A DNA stretch of 64,000 nt. Source: Rebecca billardiae RCC1528. Its lineage: Eukaryota; Protista; Haptophyta. The notes under the pieces were generated by a model. That model had not been told where the DNA came from, did no database searches, and saw only the letters and a list, made by a program, of their open reading frames with translations. Shown one piece after another: positions 21,938 to 33,054 of this stretch (positions within the stretch are counted from its first letter, which is position 1; each line of letters starts with the position of its first letter). Location: positions 1,612,001 to 1,676,000 of the forward strand of contig OZ251228.1 of assembly GCA_965240325.2 (NCBI GenBank). Direction: 5' to 3'. The translations under genes and the position numbers were made by a program.

Positions 21938-22208
21938 AATCCGTGAATCGCGCGTGTCACTGCTTAAGTTCATGTCGTAGTCACGTACTGCGCAAGTGAC
22001 GGACTTGTCGTCCGGCGGCGGAGCAGAGTGCCGGCCAGTAGTCAGGAGCTGTGACGTCCGCCGCTAGCAGATCGGTGACATGCTGACAGTAGTGGCGACT
22101 TGGCGGCGGGCAGCCTGCTGAGGCTGCTCTGAGTCTGACTGACGTCAGATGTACATTGCTGCGGCCGCCCCGTGATGAGGGCATCCAGCCCACGGTGCCG
22201 CTCGCAGC

Positions 22209-23738
22209 TCAGTAGCTCACCGTCGTCTCGTCCGCGATGATGTCCTCCACCAGGTCGATGACGCCGAGGGCGTCCGCCACCAGCGGCCGTTCGGCGCGCG
22301 CGGCCGCGCCGCCGCCACCGCCGGGCGGCGCCGAGCCCACCGGCTCGGACGCTGAGCCAGCGCGCTTGCGCGCGGGCGGCGCGTCGTCGAGGGCGTTGGC
22401 CGGCGTCGCCGTCGCATCCGCCACGCCGCGCTGGGCCTGCCCGCACGCCGGCGCGCGGCGCAGCACGCGCGCCACGTCGGCGTGGCCGTTGGCGTCGGCG
22501 ACGTCCGAGGCCGTCCGACCCTCCGCGTCGGCCGCGGCCGCGTCCGCGCCGTGCTCGAGCAGAAGCGCAGCGACGGCGGCGTCGTTGCGCCTGGCGGCGA
22601 CGTGGAGCGCCGTGCCGCCCCGCCCGGCGTCGGCGTCCGCGCCGGCGCGAGCGTCCGCGGGCACGCCGGCGCGCAGCAGCGCGTCGCACGCGGGCGCAAG
22701 CCCGCGCGCCGCCGCGAGCGGCAGCAGCGACGGCTCGGCGCGCGCGGCGTGTGGCGCAGCGTCTGCGATGGCGGCCGCAGCTTCGGCGTGCCCGTGGGCG
22801 ATGGCGAGGCGCAGCGCGCTCTCGGGCGCGCGCGCGATCTCCACGGCGGGCGCGCCCTCCCCTCCGGCCGCGGCCGCGCCGCTGCCGTCCCCGCCCGGCT
22901 CGCGCGCGCCCGCGCCCGCGCGCGCGGCGGCGGCGCCCTCCGGCAGAGGCAGCGCACCCGCGCGCAGCAGCAGACGGCACACACTCGCGTGGCCGCGCCG
23001 CGCGGCGAGCGCGAGCGGCGACGCGGGCTCGGTGGCGAGCGCGAGCTCGGGCGCGCGCGCGAGCAGCGCCTCGACGCCCGCGCTGAAGCCCGCCTCCGCG
23101 GCCGCGAGGAAGGGCGTGCGCGCCGCCGTCTCGTCGGTGGCGCGAGAGTAGACAACGGCCGCGGCCGGCGTCGGGTCGACGTCGGCGCGCGCCAGGAGCG
23201 CGCCGGTGAGGCGCGGCAGGGCCTCGACCACGGCGAAGAGCAGCGCGGTGCAGCCGTGCTCGTTGGCGGCGCCCGCGCTCGCGCCGAGCTCGAGCAGCCG
23301 CAGCGCCACGCCCTCGTGCCCGTAGTACGCCGCGCAGAGGAGCGGGGTGTTTTCCCACATCGATCGGCGCTCGAGGTCAATCGCCGCGCCGTGCTCGCGG
23401 CAGAGGGCGGAGACGGCGTCGACGTCGCCGTCCTTCACCGCGCGCAGGAAGTTCCGTGCCGCGTTGGCCTGCGGCGCTGGGCTAGGCCGCGGGGCCGCCA
23501 CCTCGGTCGCGGGCGCGCTGCCGCCGCCAAGGACAGCGGCGGCGGCGGCGGCGGGCGGGGCCGCGTGCTGCGCGCTCGGCTGCGGCGCGCGCTCGGCGTG
23601 CGGCGCGTCGGCGGCGGCCGCCCCTGCCACAAACGGCGCGACCTGCGGGAATGAGCCGCCCGCGCGCGGCGCGTCCTCCACCGCGCCCTGGGCGCGTCTG
23701 CGCCTCGCGCGCGGCAGGCAGCAGTTTGAGTGCGACAT
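22209..23738 (-). CDS. Ankyrin repeat protein (5' end uncertain)
   Basis: TPLLCAAYYGHEGVALRLLELGA, GCTALLFA, GGTALHVAARRNDAAVAALLLEHGAD, DAEGRTASDVA. Confidence 0.85.
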   Translation of the reverse strand: MSHSNCCLPRARRRRAQGAVEDAPRAGGSFPQVAPFVAGAAAADAPHAERAPQPSAQHAAPPAAAAAAVLGGGSAPATEVAAPRPSPAPQANAARNFLRAVKDGDVDAVSALCREHGAAIDLERRSMWENTPLLCAAYYGHEGVALRLLELGASAGAANEHGCTALLFAVVEALPRLTGALLARADVDPTPAAAVVYSRATDETAARTPFLAAAEAGFSAGVEALLARAPELALATEPASPLALAARRGHASVCRLLLRAGALPLPEGAAAARAGAGAREPGGDGSGAAAAGGEGAPAVEIARAPESALRLAIAHGHAEAAAAIADAAPHAARAEPSLLPLAAARGLAPACDALLRAGVPADARAGADADAGRGGTALHVAARRNDAAVAALLLEHGADAAAADAEGRTASDVADANGHADVARVLRRAPACGQAQRGVADATATPANALDDAPPARKRAGSASEPVGSAPPGGGGGAAARAERPLVADALGVIDLVEDIIADETTVSY

Positions 23739-23961
23739 CGCCCACTACGGCCAGGGCTGCCGCCTCCCTCAGCGGCTGGGTCCGGGCGCGCACGAGACCG
23801 AAGATCGAGATCTCCTCGTCCGGACCGGCTTCGCAGCGGCGCACCTCGGTCGGGACGCCGCTCGCAGCTCGAGGCAGCGCTCAGCGTGGCCTGACGAACC
23901 CAAGCACATTCCTTCGCTGCTTGGCCTTGCTGCGCGCCGAAGCGTTCGAGCAAGCACGACC

Positions 23962-26900
23962 ATGGAGGGCGAGGGCAGCACGCCGGGCGGCGCCATGCCG
24001 GGCGGCGCGGCTCCACACGCCACCGACGCGCAGCCCGCGCCACAGGCCCCGGTGAGCCTCCCCGGCGCGAGCGCGGGCGAGGGCGGCGCGGCCGCGCAAA
24101 CGACGCCGGCCGCGGGCGCGCCCACGCCGCCGCCTCCGCACGCGGAGGCGGAGGCGCACGCGCCGCCGCCGTCCGCGATGGCAGGATCGTACCCCACCGC
24201 CGAGCCCACCCCGCCCGCGAGCGCCGGCGCCGCGGGCGCCACCTCCGCCGCGGGCGCGCCGCTTGGCGGATGCGCGCCGTGCGCGTACGGCGGCGGCGCA
24301 TCGCCGCTCACGGCGCGGCACGACGTGCCGGGCGCGGCGTCGCCGGTCGCGCAGCGCGTGCTCGTGGGCGCCGCCGGCGCGCCGCACGTCCCCGCGCCCG
24401 CCGCGCCGCACGCCGCCGCCGCGGGCAACCCGCCCGCGCCAAGCCCGCTGCAGCCGCAGCAGCCGCCTGAGGCAGCTGTCGCGTACGCCGGCGGCGCCGG
24501 CGCGGCGGCGGCGCAGCCGCAGCCCGGCGGCGGCTGCGGCGGCGGCGCGGCGGCGATGGCCGCGCCTCCGCCGGCCGGGTACGCTCCCCACGCCGCGTAC
24601 GCGCAGCCCGCCCCCGGCGGCGCCACGGAGGGCCCGGCCGAAGCCGCGGCGCAGCATGCGCCGCCGCAGCCGCCGCAGCCGCCGCAGCCGCAGCAGCAGC
24701 AGCCGCCGCCGCAGCAGGCCGCGCTGCGCGCGCCTCCGGGCGCGACGCACCTGGGCGTGCCGGGCGGGCTGCCGCCGGTGGGCTGCGCCGCGGCGCACCT
24801 GCCCGTGGGCGGCGCGATGCACCCTCTCAGCTCGCCGGTCACACCCACCGTCGGAGGCTTCCGCCCGTACGGCGCGCAACTGGCGGCGTGCGTCGGCGGC
24901 GCGGCGGCGGGCACGGCGGCCGCGGCCGAGCTGGCTGGCACGGCGGCCTCGCCCGCAGCCGCCGCGCTCGGCTCGGCGGGCGCGGCGGCGGAGGGCGCGG
25001 CCGCGCACGACGCGTGCGCCGCGCCGCCGCCGTACGCTGTGGCGGTGGCGGACAGCTCCGCCGCCGCCGCTGCCGGCTGCTGCGCCGACGCCGCCGCCGC
25101 CGCCGCCGGCCACGTGCCGCCCGCGGAGGGTGCGGGCGTGGCGTACCACACGGCGGCGGGCCATCCGGCCGTCGGCGCGGAGCCGCCCAGGCCGCCGCCG
25201 CCGGGCGCGCAGCTCCCGCCCGCCGAGCGCGCGGCCGCAGCAGTCAAGCAGGAGGAGGGTGCCGCAGTGGGCGTCGGCGGCGCCGCCATGGAAGCTGGCG
25301 GCGGCGGCGGCGCGCCGCAGCCGTCGCCTCCGCCCGCGGGGTACGCGCACGCGGGCGTGCCCACGCCGATGGCGCCGCCGCCGGCGCAGCAGCCGCAGCC
25401 CGCGGCCGCCGCGGCGGAGGACGGTGCGCTCGCGCCGCCGCCGCCCGCCGCGGGCGGCTGCGCGCACCCTTCCGCGCCGCTGGCGGCGGCGGCGCCGCCG
25501 GCCGCGCCGCCGGCGGGCGTGGCGGCGGCGGCGCAGCCGCCCGCCCCTCTCGGCGCGGCGGGCGCGGCGGCGCCGCCGCCGCCGCCCGCGGTGGTGCCGC
25601 CGCCCGAGCCCGCGCCGAAGCAGCTCAAGGTGGAGGACGCGCTCGCGTACCTCGACCAGGTCAAGATCCGCTTCGAGAAGCAGGTGCGCGCCGTGTGCGC
25701 GCCGTGTGCGCGTCGTGTGCGCGCCGTGTGCGCGCCGCCGCACGCGAACGCGCGACCACGAAACGCATCGGCACGGATGTGCATGCTGCATGCATGCATG
25801 CATGCCCGCTGCCGCGCCGGCGTGTGCGGCGGTGTGCTGTGCGCGTGCTGTGCTGTGGCCGCTCTGTGGGGCGGGGCGGGGCGGCGGGCAGCTCCCGCCG
25901 CGCGCATGGCGCCGCCGCCTGCTGAGCTGTGAGCCCACCTCCTCCCAGCGGTCTGCTGCTGCTGACGCCTGCCCGCCCGCCCGCGCTCTGCCGCGCGCAC
26001 ACACGCCTGCTGCGCGCGCACACCACGCGCGCGTGCGTGCGTGCGCGCGCGCGTGTGTGTGCTGTGTGCGCGTGCCCTCCCCTCACCCCGCGCTCGCAGC
26101 CCTCGATCTACAACCAGTTCCTCGACATCATGAAGGAGTTCAAGGCGCAGACCATCGACACCCCCGGAGTCATCCGCCGAGTGCTGCAGCTCTTCGGCGG
26201 GAACAACGGGCTCATCCTCGGCTTCAACACCTTCCTGCCGCCCGGCTACCGCATCGAGATCCTGCACGACGGTGTGCGGCGCGGGGGCGGAGTCCGGGGG
26301 TTCGTGCAGTGGTGGGGGGGCGCTGGGGCGGGGGGGCAGCGGAGGCCAACGGCCGCCCGCTGCTCGGCGCCGGGTCAGCCCGCGCCGGCGGCGCTCGCGT
26401 GTGACGTGACAGTCAGTCAGTCAGTCAGTCAGTCAGTCAGTCAGTCAGTCAGTCAGTCACCAGTCAGCCGCGAGCCCTGCTCACCGCCGCCCACCGCACG
26501 CGCCCCACCCTGCCCTCCCCCCTTCCCTCCCCCCGCCCCGCGCAGCCACCGCCCCCGACGGCACCGGCCAGCGCGTGCACGTGACCTACCCGCCCACCTC
26601 ACCCACCACGCCCGGCGGCGGATGCGGTGTGTCGCTCGGCGCGGGGTGCGCGCCGGGCGGCGGCGGCGCGATGTGCCCGCCTGGCGGCGCGCTGGGCGCG
26701 CGCCCCGCGCCTGGCTGCGTCGGCGCGGCGGACCCGGCGGGCGCGCTCGGCGGCGGCGGCGGCGGCGCGCCCGGCGCCATGCACCCGCCGCCGCCAGGCG
26801 CCGCCGCCGGCGCCGCAGCGGCCGGCGGCGGCGGCGGCGCGCACCCTGGCGTGCCGACCAATCTGCCGAAGCGGCAGCAGGTGGAGTTCGACCAGGCGAT

Positions 26901-29900
26901 CTCGTACGTGACCAAGATCAAGCAGCGCTTCCAGCGCCAGCCCGAGACGTACAAGAAGTTCCTCGCCATCCTACACACTTATCAGCAGGAGCAAAAATCC
27001 ATCAAGGAAGTCTACGAGCGTGTGCGGCTGCTGTTCGAAGACCACCCCGACTTGCTCGACGAGTTTCGGCAGTTCCTGCCGGGGCCGGAGGCGCGCGCGG
27101 ACGGCGGCGACGGGCCGCTCGACGAGCGAGGCCGGCCGCTGCCGTACGGCGCGGCGGGCGCGGCGCCGGGGATGTGGGGGGCGGGCCTGGGCGGGCGCGT
27201 GGGCTTGGACGGCGGCCGAGGCCGCGGGCGCGGCGGCCGCGCCGCGGACCGCGGCGGCCGCGCCAACGGCGGCGGCGCGGCGTACGGCGGCGCGGGCGCG
27301 CTCGCGCCGCTGAGCGAGGAGGCGGTGGCGGCGTTCTTCTTCCGCTGCCGCCGCTCGCTGCCCAAGCACGCCTTCTTCGAGCTGCTCAAGTGTACGCGCA
27401 CGCACGCGCACGCACGCGCGCGCGCGCCTGCGTAGCGCCGCGCGCGCGCGCGTGCGTGCGCGCGCGGCGGCGCGACGGCGGGCGGCGCGTGCGCCCCGCC
27501 CCGCCCCCCGCGGCCTCACCCACCCTGCCCCCCGCCCCTCCTCCTGCGCGCAGGCACGGACATGTACTCGCGGCGCATCGTCGACGGCTGGCGGCTGATG
27601 GCGCTGGTGAGGCCGTTGTTTGTGCCCGGCCACGAGGCTCTCTTCTCACTGTACGCACAGCTCATCCGGCCCGAGCACTGCGCCGCGTTCGACGAGGTGC
27701 GCGCGCGCGCGCACACGCGCCCGCACACGCGCGCCACGCGCCGGGCGCGCGCGCGCGCGCTGGCGCATGCGCGCGCGCGGGCGCGCGCGCGCGGGTGCGC
27801 GTGGCTTGGCGGGCGGGCTGGCGCGTCGCGCGGCGTGACGCTCACGCGGAGGCACCCTCGCGCGCGCGCCGCTCACCCGCGCCGTGTGTCGTCGCGCGTG
27901 CGCCCCCCCCCGGGCCCGGATGATGTTCTGATTCCCTTCTCTGTTTGTGCGCGGCGCGCTTTGGGCTTGTTGGGGCGGGGAATGAACGACCTCTGCTGCG
28001 CGCTGCTTGTTTTTTTCATGTTTTTTATTTAACAAAATCATTGTGCTCTGGCTTGCGTGCGTGCTTGCTCGTGCTTCTGATGGCGTGCCTCCTCTGCTCG
28101 TGCAGGTGGGTCCGGAGGACGAGGACGACGGCGACGACGCGTACGGCGCAGACGCGGTGGCGGGCTCGGCCGCTCCCGGGCCAGGCAGCGTCGTGGACGG
28201 CGACCTCGACCAGCTCGCCGCCGACCCGGCGACTGCGCAGCGCCGGCTGACGGAGGCGCTCGCGCGGTGCGAGGAGCAGTCGGCCGCGCTCGCGTCCGCG
28301 CTCGACATGCGCGCCAAGTCCGAGGACCACCTCACGCGGCTGCGCAGCCTGGTGGCGCGCGCGCCGGAGGGGCACAAGCTGCACTTTGCCACGCCGCCGC
28401 TGCCGCCCGCGCTCACCAAGATGCTCCACCAGGTGTGTGCCGTGCGCGCTGTGTGTGTGTGTGTGCTGTGCGTGCGGGTGTGTGACCACAGCGCAGTACA
28501 GCGCAGCACAGCACAGCGCTGCGTGTGTGCGTGCGTGCGTGCGTGCGTGCTGCGTGTGTGTGTGCGTGCGTGCGTGCGTGTGTCCCTCCCGCCTAAGGCA
28601 CAGCCCGGCACAGCCGCGCGCGCGCCGCCCGCGCGCGCGCGCTCACGCGCCACCCGCCGCCTTCTCCCTCGCTCGCGCGCGCGCCCAGCTGTACGGCGCG
28701 GCGCACGCGCCCTCGGTGGCCGAGGCGCTCGAGACGGCGCCCGAGGCGGCGGCCGCGGTCGTGCTCGGCCGACTCTCTCAGAAGCGGGACGAATGGAGCG
28801 CGGCCGCGGCGGAGGTGGACACGCGGCTGGCCGGTGGGACTGGTGCGCTCGCGCGGCCGGGCTCGACCGCCGACGGGCTCGGCGGCGGCGCGCTCGGCGC
28901 GCTGCTCGACTCGCAACTGAGCGACGAGCGCGCGCTCTCGACCGCGGCGCTGGTCGCGGACATGCACGCGCGCGCCGCGCCGCCGCCCGCGCACGCGCCG
29001 CCGGGCGCGCCGCCGGGCGGCGACGGCGGCGGCGGCGGCGGCGGCTCCAGCGCCGGCGGCGACGAGCCCGCCGCCGCGCCGGCCGCGCCGAGCGAGCCGG
29101 TGCCACTGACCGGCGCGCCGCGGCTCACGCTCGAGCTCGAGTGCGCGCCCGAGGCCGCGTCTGTGCACCGTGACTTGCTTCGGCTGATGAGCGCGGCGGC
29201 GGAGGCACGCGCTCGGCCGGCGGGCGGCGGCGCGGCGCTCGGCGTGACGCCTCCTGCTCGCTCGCGCTCGCTGGGCTCCGACGTCGCAGCGGGCGCCGCG
29301 GGCTCGCCTGGCGCGCTGCGCCGCGCGGGCTCGCCCGCGCACGGCTGCGCCGCCGCGCCGCCCACGCCGCCCCAGCCCGCCGCCACCTCCGCCCTCGCCG
29401 TGCACGCGCTGTGGGCTGAGTTGATCCTGCCCCTGTTCGGGCTCGGCCTCGGAGGCGGCGGCGGCGGCGGCGGCGCGGCCAAGTCGGATGGCGGCGGCGG
29501 CGGCGCGCCGGGGGCGAGTGCCGGCGCCGAGCCCGCGGGCGCGCGCCCGATGGAGGTGGACCCCGCCTCGCCCGCCCCCGGCGGCGGCGGCGGGCCGCCG
29601 CCGCCGCCCGCCGCCATGCCCGCCACCAAGCCGCTGTGTACTTGGGCGCCAACGGACGGCGCTGTCACGCTGGGCGAGCCGCCGGCGCCCGGGGTACCGC
29701 GCACCGCGATCACGCTCGCCGGCGGGCTCCGCTCGCTGCCGATGCGCCACGCCAAGGCGCTCGAGGCGCACCTCTTCGCCGACCGGCTGCTGCACGCGTT
29801 CGTTCGACTGTACGCCGTGGCGTTTGAACGGCTCTGCCGCGCGCGCCGAATCCTCGCCGCGCCGCCCGCAGCCAAGCTGGGCAGCGCGGCGGGCGCGGGC

Positions 29901-31813
29901 GCGGCGGGCGGCGGCGCGGCGGCGCCCGCGGCGGCGGCGGGCGCGGGCGCCGCCGCGCCCGCCGCCGCCGACGCCGCGCCCGCGAGCGCCGCGCCCGCCG
30001 CCGACGCCGACGCGCCCGCCGCCGCCGCAGCCGACGCGGCCGGCGCGCCCGCGCCCGCCGCTGCGCCGATGGCGGTGGATGGCGAGGCGGAGGCGAGCGG
30101 TGCGCCGCCAGCCGCCGACGCGGACGCGGACGCCGACGCGGCGAGGCGGGCGGGCGGCGATGGCGCGGGCGCGCCCGCCGCGGGCGCGGCGGCGAGCGGC
30201 GACGGCGGCGCGGACGGCGCGCCCGCCGCCGACGCCGACGCGGACGCGCCCGCGGCCGCCGGCGCGCCCGCGAGCACGCCCGGCGCGCCCGCGAGCGCCG
30301 CGCCGGCGGACGCGGACGGCGCGCCGGCGCCCGCGGCGCCCACCGCTCGCGCCGCGAGCCCCGAGCCCGCCGAGCCGGAGATCGACCTGAGCACGCCCGC
30401 CGTCGACTCGCCCGGCTACGAGCGCGCGCTCGCGCTGCTGCAGACGGCGGTGACGGGCGCGGTCGCAGCCGCGTCGACGCCCGCGGCCGGCGTCGCGGGC
30501 GCGGCGGGCGGCGGCGTGGCGGCTGCGCACCTAGCAGTCGTCGAGCGCGCCACCGCCGAGCTTGGTAGCCTGCAGCCCGCGCTCGCGGCGCTCCACCGGC
30601 TGATCGCTCGGCTGCCGAGGCTCGCAGAGGTGCGTGTCGCGCGCGAAGCGCGGCGGCGCGCGGCGGCGCGCGCGCGCGCCCTCAGGAGGTCGCACGCACG
30701 CGCTGCGCTGACAGCGCCTTGCCGCTCGCGCGGCGCGCACGCGCGCTGCGCCGCCGCCCGCTCCCGCCCGCCGCGCGCGCGCGCCAGGCGGTGCACGCGC
30801 GCCCGCTGCCCAAGGCGCTGCGCGGCCTCTTCACCTACGAGCGCGCGCGCGTCGCCGCGCACGCCTACTCCGGGCACACATACCGCGCCAACGCGCTCGG
30901 CCTCGTGCGCAGCGCGAACCGGTGTGCGCGCGCGGCGCGCGCGCGCGCACACATGCGCGTCCACGCGCGAGCGCGCGCGCGCGCACTCGCGCCCTAGCTC
31001 GCCGCATCTTGGCGGCGCGAGCGCGCGCGTGCGCGCGCTCGACCCGCCCGCCCAGCGCGCGCTGACGCGCCGACGCGGCGCCTCGCGCGCGCCCCGCCCC
31101 GCTCCGGCCCGGCCGCGCAGCCGCGAGTACTTCAGCGTGTGCACCCAGCGCGTCGGCGCGCGTATCTCGCGGCTCGAGATTGCCGTGCACACACTCCCGG
31201 CCGCGCACGCCGCTCTGCCCGTGCCGGTGCGCGCGCGCGCGCGCGCGCGGCGCGGCGCGCGCGCGCGCCGAGCGAGCGGGCGCCGCGCTCACGCGCGCGC
31301 CCGCCACCGCCGCCGCCACCGCCGCTTGCTCGCGCGCGCTCGGCTGCGCAGGCCGAGCCACACCCGGCGGCCGAGCCGGGCCTAGGCGCGGACGGCGCGG
31401 ACGGCGCCGGCGCCAACGGCGGCGCGCCGCCCGCCCCCCTGGGGGCACGCGCCGCGGCGGACGCAGCCGGCGCAAAGGGCGCGGCGCCGCGCGCGCGCGC
31501 GCGCGCGCGCCGCCCGCTGCACCCGTGCGCGCCGCGCGCCGCCGCGCCCGCCGCCCCGGCCGTGTGCGTCGCCAACCGGCTCGAGCTCTTGCCGGCGGTG
31601 CTCGGCGCCGGCCCGCCGCCCGACGCGGCCGCGCGCGCGCCCGACGCGCGCGCGCCGCTGTTCGTCGCCGGCACGACGGACGTGCTCGAGCACCGCCGGA
31701 CCGGCGCGCCCAAGCGCAAGCGCGCCAGCCTCGCCGAGGCGAACGGCGAGGTGCGCGCGCGCCGGTGCGCGCGCCTCGAGCAGATTGCGAGCGCGCTCGT
31801 CTCGCGCGGCTGA
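23962..31813 (+). CDS. SIN3: Paired amphipathic helix protein, Sin3-like corepressor (multi-exon)
   Basis: PAH1 [14 protein letters not shown]..|..[32 protein letters not shown]2 [31 protein letters not shown]3-like segment and HID-like ARCEE / [13 protein letters not shown]. Long Ala/Pro low-complexity tracts. The 3' exons are approximate. Confidence 0.85.
26411..26466 (+). repeat. (AGTC)n microsatellite in Sin3 intron
   Basis: About 12 tandem AGTC units. Confidence 0.95.
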
Positions 31814-33054
31814 GGCTCGGTGACGCGGGTGACGGCATGCACCCACTACGGCTACGCCGGTCTGTCGTGGCCGAGTGGGAGTACGGGCGTGCTCTTGCGT
31901 CTGAGGTCATGGGTTCAAACCAGTCGTTTCCAGGTCTCTCTTCGGAGAGCGTGCGATGAAGGATGGCGCGGCAACCTGCCACAGTGAGCCTTACGCACGT
32001 TATAAAACAAATAAACTGTAGTTACAGCAGCGCAGGCCGCCGCCGGAGTGGCGCAGTGCCAACGCGATCAGCAGAGCCTTTTTTTTTTCTGAGATCGCCA
32101 TATATATATACGGCATACAGTAGCCGGCCGAGTAGAGCGCATATACGTGATACGCCAGAGTCGCCAGACGACGACAGCGCAGCTGCTTATTCGCCATGCC
32201 CGTCCAGAGGCGCGCGGACGTGGGTGCCAGACGGGCCGCCCACGGACGTGCCCACTACTAGTGCCACTAGTCACTATACGGACGTACGGTACGGGCCATG
32301 CTACGTCCGTGCCTCTGGACGGGCATTGAGCCGCGGCGAGGTCGCCAAATCGCGTGGCGTGGTCCCAGAGAAGCAGGCTGCTACTATCCCTGACCAGCTT
32401 GCTAGCCATGCCGGTCGTTGATCACCCCGCCGTTCACAGGCGCGCACACTACGCCACTACGCGTACTGTAATCGGCTGTAAGTGTAACACTAGTGCTGTT
32501 AACTGTATTCGCACGGCAGCCGCCTGTCGCCTCAGGCTCAGTGGCGGATCGGCGGTCACACGACTACCGCGCAGCCAACATTGATAGATCGCCAGACTCA
32601 CGAGGGGTCAGACAGAAGATTGATAGGTCTGCACCCTGCAGCACCCTCACATGGCATGCCCCGGAGGTCAGCACGGCCGTCAGAAGGGTGATCATAGCCG
32701 CTACGCGCCGGTCACACCGGATGACGTGGACGTGGACGTGAGAGTGGTCGAAAAGTCGGAAGGCAAGCTGTCACTCCACTCACACTCACGCGCTCGTACG
32801 ACCACGCCAACCTGCCTACGCCACGCCCCAGTGACCCGGCCGTGGCGCTCGCGCCCTGGCCCCTGGATCGCGTTGGGACGCATCCGCGCCCGCCATGGCT
32901 TCCCTTGCGGCCGAGGACCCATGCCGCGACTGGTCAGAAGTCCCCATCAGGCCATCACGCACGGCCCTTATTGCATCACGGCTTCGCGGGGGACCCCCGT
33001 GTAGTGCGGGAGACTACGCGCCCTTATTTGCCGCGCGCTCCCGTCGGGGCTACG

